A stretch of 64,000 bases of DNA from Eledone cirrhosa (lineage: Eukaryota): the NCBI GenBank assembly GCA_964016885.1, contig OZ024760.1, forward strand, positions 34,720,001 to 34,784,000, read 5' to 3'. Shown here piece by piece: positions 56,829-64,000 of this stretch (position 1 is its first letter; every line of letters starts with the position of its first letter). The notes beneath the pieces are model-generated. The model searched no databases. It was not told the DNA's origin and saw nothing but the letters and a program-made list of their open reading frames with translations. A program made the translations under genes and the position numbers.

Positions 56829-59490
56829 AGTTATATTAAAAGGGTTATATCTAGACTGTTTTGTCTGGTTGATATTACAAGGGTTATTATCTACACTGTT
56901 TTGTCTGGGTTATATTAAAAGGCTTATATCTACACTGTGTTGTCTGGTTATATTAAAAGGGTTATATCTACACTGTTTTGTCTGGTTGATATTAAAAGGG
57001 GTATATCTACACTGTTTTGTCTGGGTTATATTAAAAGGGTTATATATACACTGTTTTATCTGCGTTATATTAAAAGGGTTATATCTACACTGTTTTGTCT
57101 GGGTTTTATTAAAAGGGTTATATCGACACTGTTTTGTCTGGTTGATATTAAAAGGGTTATATCTACACTGTTTTGTCCTGGTTGATATTAAAAGGGTTAT
57201 ATCTACACTGTTTTTTCTGGGTTATATTAAAAAGGTTATATCTACACTGTTTTGTCTGGTTGATATTAAAAGAGTTATATCTACACTGTTTTGTGTGGGT
57301 TATATCAAAAGAGTTATATCTACACTGTTTTGTGTGAGTCATATCAAAAGGGTTATATCTACACTGTTTTGTGTGGGTTATATTAAAAGGGTTATATCTA
57401 CACTGTTTTGTCTGGGTTATATTAAAAGGGTTATATCTACACTGTTTTGTCTGGGTTATATTAAAAGGGTTATATCTACACTGTTTTGGCTAGTTGATAT
57501 TAAAAGGGTTATACCTACACTGTTTTGTCTGGGTTATATCAAAAGGGTTATATCTATACTGTTTTGTCTGGTTAGTATTAAAAGGGTTATATCTACGCTT
57601 GTTTGACCGGGTTATATTAAAAGGGTTATATCTACACTGTTTAGTCCTGGTTGATATTAAAAGGGTTATATCTAAACTGTTTTGTCTGGGTTATATTAAA
57701 AGGGTTATATCTACACTATTTTGTCTGGTTGATATTAAAAGGGTTATATCTACACTGAGTTGTCCCGGTTGATATTAAAAGGGTTATATCTACACTGTTT
57801 TTGTCTGGGTTATATTAAAAGGGTTATATCTACACTGTTTTGTCCTGGTTGATATTCAAAGGGTTATATCTATACTGTTTTTATTCGGGTTATATTAAAA
57901 GGGTTATAGCTACACTGCTTTGTCCTGGTTGATATTAAAAGGGTTATATCTACACTGTTTTGTCTGGTTTATATTAAAAGGGTTATATCTACACTGTTTT
58001 GTCTGGGTTATCTTAAAAGGGTTATATCTACACTGTTTTGTCTGGGTTATATTAAAAGGGTTATATCTACACTGTTTTGTCCTGGTTGATATTAAAAGGG
58101 TTATATCTACACTGTTTTAGTCTGGGTTATATTAAAAGGGTTATGTCTACACTGTTTTGTCTGGTTGATATTAAAAGAGTTATATCTATACTGTTTTGTC
58201 TGGGTTATATTAAAAGGGTTATATCTACAGTTTTGTCTAGGTTATATTAAAAGGGTTATATCTACACTGTTTTGTCTGGTTGATATTAAAAGGGTTATAT
58301 CTACACTGTTTTGTCTGGGTTATATTAAAAGGGTTATATATATACTGTTTTGTCCTGGTTGATATTAAAAGGGTTATATCTACACTGTTTTTGTCTGTGT
58401 TATATTGAAAGGGTTATATCTACACTGTTTTGGCTGGTTGATATTAAAAGGATTATACCTACACTGTTTTGTCTGGGTTATATCAAAAGGGTTATATCTA
58501 CACTGTTTTGTCTGGTTGATATATAAAGGGTTATATCTACACTGTTTTTGTCTGGGTTATATTAAAAGGGTTATATCTACACTGTTTTGTCAGGGTTATA
58601 TCTACACTGTTTTGTCTGGCTTATATTAAAAGGGTTATATCTACACTGGTTTGTCCTGGTTGATATTAAAACGGTTATATCTACACTGTTTTGTCTGGGT
58701 TATATTAAAAGGGTTATATCTACACTGTTTTGTCTGGGTTATATTAAAAGGCTTATATCTACACTGTGTTGTCTGGGTTATATTAAAAGGGTTATATCTA
58801 CACTGTTTTATCTGCGTTATATTAAAAGGGTTATATCTACACTGTTTTGTCTGGGTTATATTAAAAGTGTTATATCTACACTGTTTTGTCTAGTTGATAT
58901 TAAAAGGGTTATATCTACACTGTTTTGTCCTGGTTGATATTAAATGGGTTATATCTACACTGTTTTGTCTGGATTATATTATAAGGGTTATATCTATACG
59001 GTTTTGTCCTGGTTGATATTAAAAGGGTTATATCTACACTGTTTTGTCTGGTTGATATTAAAAGGGTTATATCTACACTGTTTTGTCCTGGTTGATATTA
59101 AAAGGGTTATATCTACACTGTTTTTGTCTGGGTTATATTAAAAGGGTTATATCTACACTGTTTTGTCTGGGTTATATTAAAAGGCTTATATCTACACTGG
59201 TTTGTCCTGGTTGATATTAAAACGGTTATATCTACACTGTTTTGTCTGGGTTATATTAAAAGGGTTATATCTATACTGTTTTGTCCTGGTTGATATTAAA
59301 AGGGTTATATCTACACTGTTTTTGTCTGGGTTATATTGAAAGGGTTATATCTACACTGTTTTGTGTGGGTTATATCTACATTGTTTTGTCTGGGCTATAT
59401 TAAAAGGGTTATATCTACACTGTTTTGTCTGGGTTATATTAAAAGTGTTATATCTACACTGTTTTTGTCTGGGTTATATTAAAAGTGTTA

Positions 59491-59677
59491 ATATAGCGGT
59501 GCATTAGCAGTATCAGTAGAGTCGGACACCATGCTTTGAAGCATAGAGTTACGTCCCTTTATGAAGTGAGTTCAAATTCCGCCCCGGTTAACTTTGCCTT
59601 TCATCCTTACGGGGTCGATAAAATAAAGTACCAGTAATGTACTGGCTAATTGCTGGCCTTGTGCCAAAAGTAGAAAC
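59491..59677 (+). mobile_element. SINE-like element, copy 16 (consensus-like haplotype F)
   Basis: Carries the majority allele at the diagnostic sites inspected. Confidence 0.85.
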
Positions 59678-61736
59678 AGTTATATTAAAAGGGTTATATC
59701 TAGACTGTTTTGTCTGGTTGATATTACAAGGGTTATATCTACACTGTTTTGTCTGGGTTATATTAAAAGGGGTATATCTACACTGTGTTGTCTAGTTATA
59801 TTAAAAGGGTTATATCTACACTGTTTTGTCTGGTTGATATTAAAAGGGGTATATCTACACTGTTTTGTCTGGGTTATATTAAAAGGGTTATATATACACT
59901 GTTTTATCTGCGTTATATTAAAAGGGTTATATCTACACTGTTTTGTCTGGGTTTTATTAAAAGTGTTATATCGACACTGTTTTGTCTGGTTGATATTAAA
60001 AGTGTTATATCGACACTGTTTTGTCTGGTTGATATTAAAAGGGTTATATCGACACTGTTTTGTCTGGTTGATATTAAAAGGGTTATATCGACACTGTTTT
60101 GTCTGGTTGATATTAAAAGGGGTATATCTACACTGTTTTGTCCTGGTTGATATTAAAAGGGTTATATCTACACTGTTTTTTCTGGGTTATATTAAAAGGG
60201 TTATATCTATACGGTTTTGTCCTGGTTGATATTAAAAGGGTTATATCTACACTGTTTTGTCTGGGTTATATTAAAAGGCTTATATCTACACTGTGTTGTC
60301 TGGTTATATTAAAAGGGTTATATCTACACTGTTTTGTCTGGTTGATATTAAAAGAGTTATATCTACACTGTTTTGTGTGGGTTATATTAAAAGGGTTATA
60401 TCTACACTGTTTTGTCTGGGTTATATTAAAAGGGTTATATCTACACTGTTTTGGCTAGTTGATATTAAAAGGGTTATACCTACACTGTTTTGTCTGGGTT
60501 ATATCAAAAGGGTTATATCTATACTGTTTTGTCTGGTTAGTATTAAAAGGGTTATATCTACGCTGTTTTGTCCGGGTTATATTAAAAGGGTTATATCTAC
60601 ACTGTTTAGTCCTGGTTGATATTAAAAGGGTTATATCTAAACTGTTTTGTCTGGGTTATATTAAAAGGGTTATATCTACACTATTTTGTCTGGTTGATAT
60701 TAAAAGGGTTATATCTACACTGAGTTGTCCCGGTTGATATTAAAAGGGTTATATCTACACTGTTTTTGTCTGGGTTATATTAAAAGGGTTATATCTACAC
60801 TGTTTTGTCCTGGTTGATATTCAAAGGGTTATATCTATACTGTTTTTATTTGGGTTATATTAAAAGGGTTATAGCTACACTGCTTTGTCCTGGTTGATAT
60901 TAAAAGGGTTATATCTACACTGTTTTGTCTGGTTTATATTAAAAGGGTTATATCTACACTGTTCTGTCTGGGTTATCTTAAAAGGGTTATATCTACACTG
61001 TTTTGTCTGGGTTATATTAAAAGGGTTATATCTACACTGTTTTGTCTGGGTTATATTAAAAGGGTTATATCTACACTGTTTTGTCCTGGTTGATATTAAA
61101 AGGGTTATATCTACACTGTTTTTGTCTGGGTTATATTAAAAGCGTTATATCTACACTGTTTTGTCTGGTTGATATTAAAAGAGTTATATCTACACTGTTT
61201 TGTCTGGGTTATATTAAAAGGGTTATATCTACAGTTTTGTCTAGGTTATATTAAAAGGGTTATATCTACACTGTGTTGTCTGGTTGATATTAAAAGGGTT
61301 ATATCTACACTGTTTTGTCCTGGTTGATATTAAAAGGGTTATATCTACACTGTTTTTGTCTGGGTTATATTAAAAGGGTTATATCTACACTGTTTTGTCT
61401 GGGTTATATTAAAAGGCTTATATCTACACTGGTTTGTCCTGGTTGATATTAAAACGGTTATATCTACACTGTTTTGTCTGGGTTATATTACAAGGGTTAT
61501 ATCTATACTGTTTTGTCCTGGTTGATATTAAAAGGGTTATATCTACACTGTTTTTGTCTGGGTTATATTGAAAGGGTTATATCTACACTGTTTTGTGTGG
61601 GTTATATTAAAAGGGTTATATCTACATTGTTTTGTCTGGGCTATATTAAAAGGGTTATATCTACACTGTTTTGTCTGGGTTATATTAAAAGGGTTATATC
61701 TACACTGTTTTTGTCTGGGTTATATTAAAAGTGTTA

Positions 61737-61923
61737 ATATAGCGGTGCATTAGCAGTATCAGTAGAGTCGGACACCATGCTTTGAAGCATAGAGTTACGT
61801 CCCTTTATGAAGTGAGTTCAAATTCCGCTCCGGTTAACTTTGCCTTTCATCCTTACGGGGTCAATAAAATAAAGTACCAGTAATGTACTGGCTAATTGCT
61901 GGCCTTGTGCCAAAAGTAGAAAC
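61737..61923 (+). mobile_element. SINE-like element, copy 17 (haplotype E)
   Basis: GGGGTCAATAA; private CCGCTCCGG. Confidence 0.85.
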
Positions 61924-63984
61924 AGTTATATTAAAAGGGTTATATCTAGACTGTTTTGTCTGGTTGATATTACAAGGGTTATATCTACACTGTTTTGTCT
62001 GGTTGATATTAAAAGGGGTATATCTACACTGTTTTGTCTGGGTTATATTAAAGGGGTTATATATACACTATTTTGTCTGGGTTTTATTAAAAGTGTTATA
62101 TCTACTCTGTTTTGTCTGGTTGATATTAAAAGGGTTATATCTACACTGTTTTGTCCTGGTTGATATTAAAAGGGTTATATCTACACTGTTTTGTCTGGGT
62201 TATATTAAAAGGTTTATATCTATACGGTTTTGTCCTGGTTGATATTAAAAGGGTTATATCTACACTGTTTTTGTCTGGGTTATATTAAAAGAGTTATATC
62301 TACACTGTTTTGTCTGGTTGATATTAAATGAGTTATATCTATACTGTTTTATCTGGGTTATATTAAAAGGGTTATATCTACAGTTTTGTCTAGGTTATAT
62401 TAAAAGGGTTATATCGACACTGTTTTTGTCTGGGTTATATCAAAAGGGTTATATCTACACTGTTTTGTGTGGGTTATATCAAAAGGTTATATCTACACTG
62501 TTTTGTGTGCGTTATATTAAAAGGGTTATATCTACACTGTTTTGTCTGGGTTATATTAAAAGGGTTATATCTACACTGTTTTGTCTGGTTGATATTAAAA
62601 GGGTTATATCTACACTGTTTTGTCCCGGTTGATATTAAAAGGGTTATATCTACACTGTTTTTGTCTGGGTTATATTAAAAGGGTTATATCTACACTGTTT
62701 TGTCCTGGTTGATATTCAAAGGGTTATATCTATACTGTTTTTATTTGGGTTATATTAAAAGGGTTATAGCTACACTGCTTTGTCCTGGTTGATATTAAAA
62801 GGGTTATATCTACACTGTTTTGTCTGGGTTATATTAAAAGGGTTATATCTACACTGTTTTGTCTGGGTTATATTAAAAGGGTTATATCTACACTGTTTTG
62901 TATCGGTTATATTATAAGGGTTATATCTACACTGTTTTGTCTGGTTGATATTAAAAGGGTTATATCTACACTGTTTTGTCTGGGTTATATTAAAAGGGTT
63001 ATATCTATACTGTTTTGTCCTGGTTGATATTAAAAGGGTTATATCTACACTGTTTTTGTCTGGGTTATATCTACACTGTTTTGGCTGGTTGATATTAAAA
63101 GGATTATACCTACACTGTTTTGTCTGGGTTATATCAAAAGGGTTATATCTACACTGTTTTGTCTGGTTGATATATAAAGAGTTATATCTACACTGTTTTT
63201 GTCTGGGTTATATTAAAAGGGTTATATCTACACTGTTTTGTCCTGGTTGATATTCAAAGGGTTATATCTACACTGTTTTGTCAGGGTTATATCTACACTG
63301 TTTTGTCTGGGTTATATTAAAAGGGTTATATCTACACTGGTTTGTCCTGGTTGATATTAAAACGGTTATATCTACACTGTTTTGTCTGGGTTATATTAAT
63401 AGGGTTATATCTACACTGTTTTGTCTGGGTTATATTAAAAGGCTTATATCTACACTGTGTTGTCTGGGTTATATTAAAAGGGTTATATCTACACTGTTTT
63501 ATCTGCGTTATATTAAAAGGGTTATATCTACACTGTTTTGTCTGGGTTATATTAAAAGGGTTATATCTACACTGTTTTGTCCTGGTTGATATTAAAAGGG
63601 TTATATCTACACTGTTTTTGTCTGGGTTATATTAAAAGGGTTATATCTACACTGTTTTGTCTGGGTTATATTAAAAGGCTTATATCTACACTGGTTTGTC
63701 CTGGTTGATATTAAAACGGTTATATCTACACTGTTTTGTCTGGGTTATATTAAAAGGGTTATATCTATACTGTTTTGTCCTGGTTGATATTAAAAGGGTT
63801 ATATCTACACTGTTTTTGTCTGGGTTATATTGAAAGGGTTATATCTACACTGTTTTGTGTGGGTTATATTAAAAGGGTTATATCTACATTGTTTTGTCTG
63901 GGCTATATTAAAAGGGTTATATCTACACTGTTTTGTCTGGGTTATATTAAAAGTGTTATATCTACACTGTTTTTGTCTGGGTTA

Positions 63985-64000
63985 TATTAAAAGTGTTAAT
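63985..64000 (+). mobile_element. 5' junction of a probable 18th SINE copy, truncated by the window edge
   Basis: Window ends ...TTAAAAGTGTTAAT, the junction seen before other copies; the preceding monomer order matches that before copy 13. Confidence 0.7.

Larger units (their letters stand above)
47500..58300 (+). repeat. Tandem higher-order repeat, 2 x about 5.2-5.3 kb, each unit containing an E-type and a D-type SINE
   Basis: ORF pairs 48268/53513 (5245), 49367/54575 (5208), 50698/55985 and 51501/56788 (5287); boundaries approximate. Confidence 0.85.
1..64000 (+). repeat. 39-bp tandem satellite array (roughly 1,500 monomers), uniform orientation, extending past both window edges
   Basis: Consensus TCTGGGTTATATTAAAAGGGTTATATCTACACTGTTTTG repeats head-to-tail throughout. 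Main variants: TCTGGTTGATATT.. (39 bp), TCCTGGTTGATATT.. (40 bp), T5 tail (40 bp), TCTACAGTTTTG (37 bp) and a 25-bp deletion monomer. Interrupted only by the SINE copies. Confidence 0.99.

Noticed and set aside
56788-57606. Longest ORFs (259-272 aa, MYWLIAGLVPKVET...) starting at an ATG within the SINE
   Set aside because: A chance ATG reading into satellite. Length varies among copies (119-272 aa), the ATG is lost in haplotype B, and a Pol III transcript would stop at the first T4.
37-63990. Hundreds of predicted ORFs with repeats LGYIKRVISTLFC / VWVILKGLYLHCF (and QTKQCRYNPFNIT on the minus strand)
   Set aside because: The 39-bp monomer is a multiple of 3 and happens to lack stops in some frames. 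Frequent 25/37/40-bp variants shift frame freely, overlapping frames are equally open, and there is no sign of codon-position constraint.
1-64000. CRISPR-like array (repeat length about 39 bp)
   Set aside because: No unique spacers between repeats, no cas genes, and monomers are directly head-to-tail.
1-64000. True telomeric tract or canonical G-quadruplex array
   Set aside because: No tandem (TTAGGG)n. GGG runs are separated by 11 and 22 nt, and many monomers have only GG at the first position.
1-64000. TATA-like motifs (TATATTAAAA) as promoters
   Set aside because: Present in nearly every monomer as a by-product of AT-rich composition, with no associated gene.

Overview
The whole 64 kb is one eukaryotic-type tandem satellite array, all in one orientation. 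The monomer is 39 bp (consensus TCTGGGTTATATTAAAAGGGTTATATCTACACTGTTTTG, 31% GC, no CpG), with common 25-, 37- and 40-bp variants. The only non-satellite sequence is a ~174-187 bp tRNA-derived SINE-like element present in 17 complete copies, with an 18th apparently starting at the last 2 bases. It has A/B-box-like motifs and a GCCTTTCATCCTT-GGGGTCGATAAAATAAAGTACCAG core that I recall from Octopus/MetaSINE-type SINEs (recall only, not searched). Every copy sits at the same phase of the monomer, and intact copies are bounded by an 18-bp target-site-like duplication. This indicates a single insertion that was then amplified with the satellite in nested higher-order repeats (periods about 435, 1479, 2087, 2101, 2687, 3127, 4375 and 5200-5300 bp). 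No credible protein-coding gene is present; the ORF track is explained by the 39-bp (3x13) monomer. The most interesting hypothesis is that the array forms repeated Pol III transcription units, with the promoter from the SINE and the TTTT terminator from the satellite, embedded in a satellite carrying telomere-like GGGTTA hexamers.
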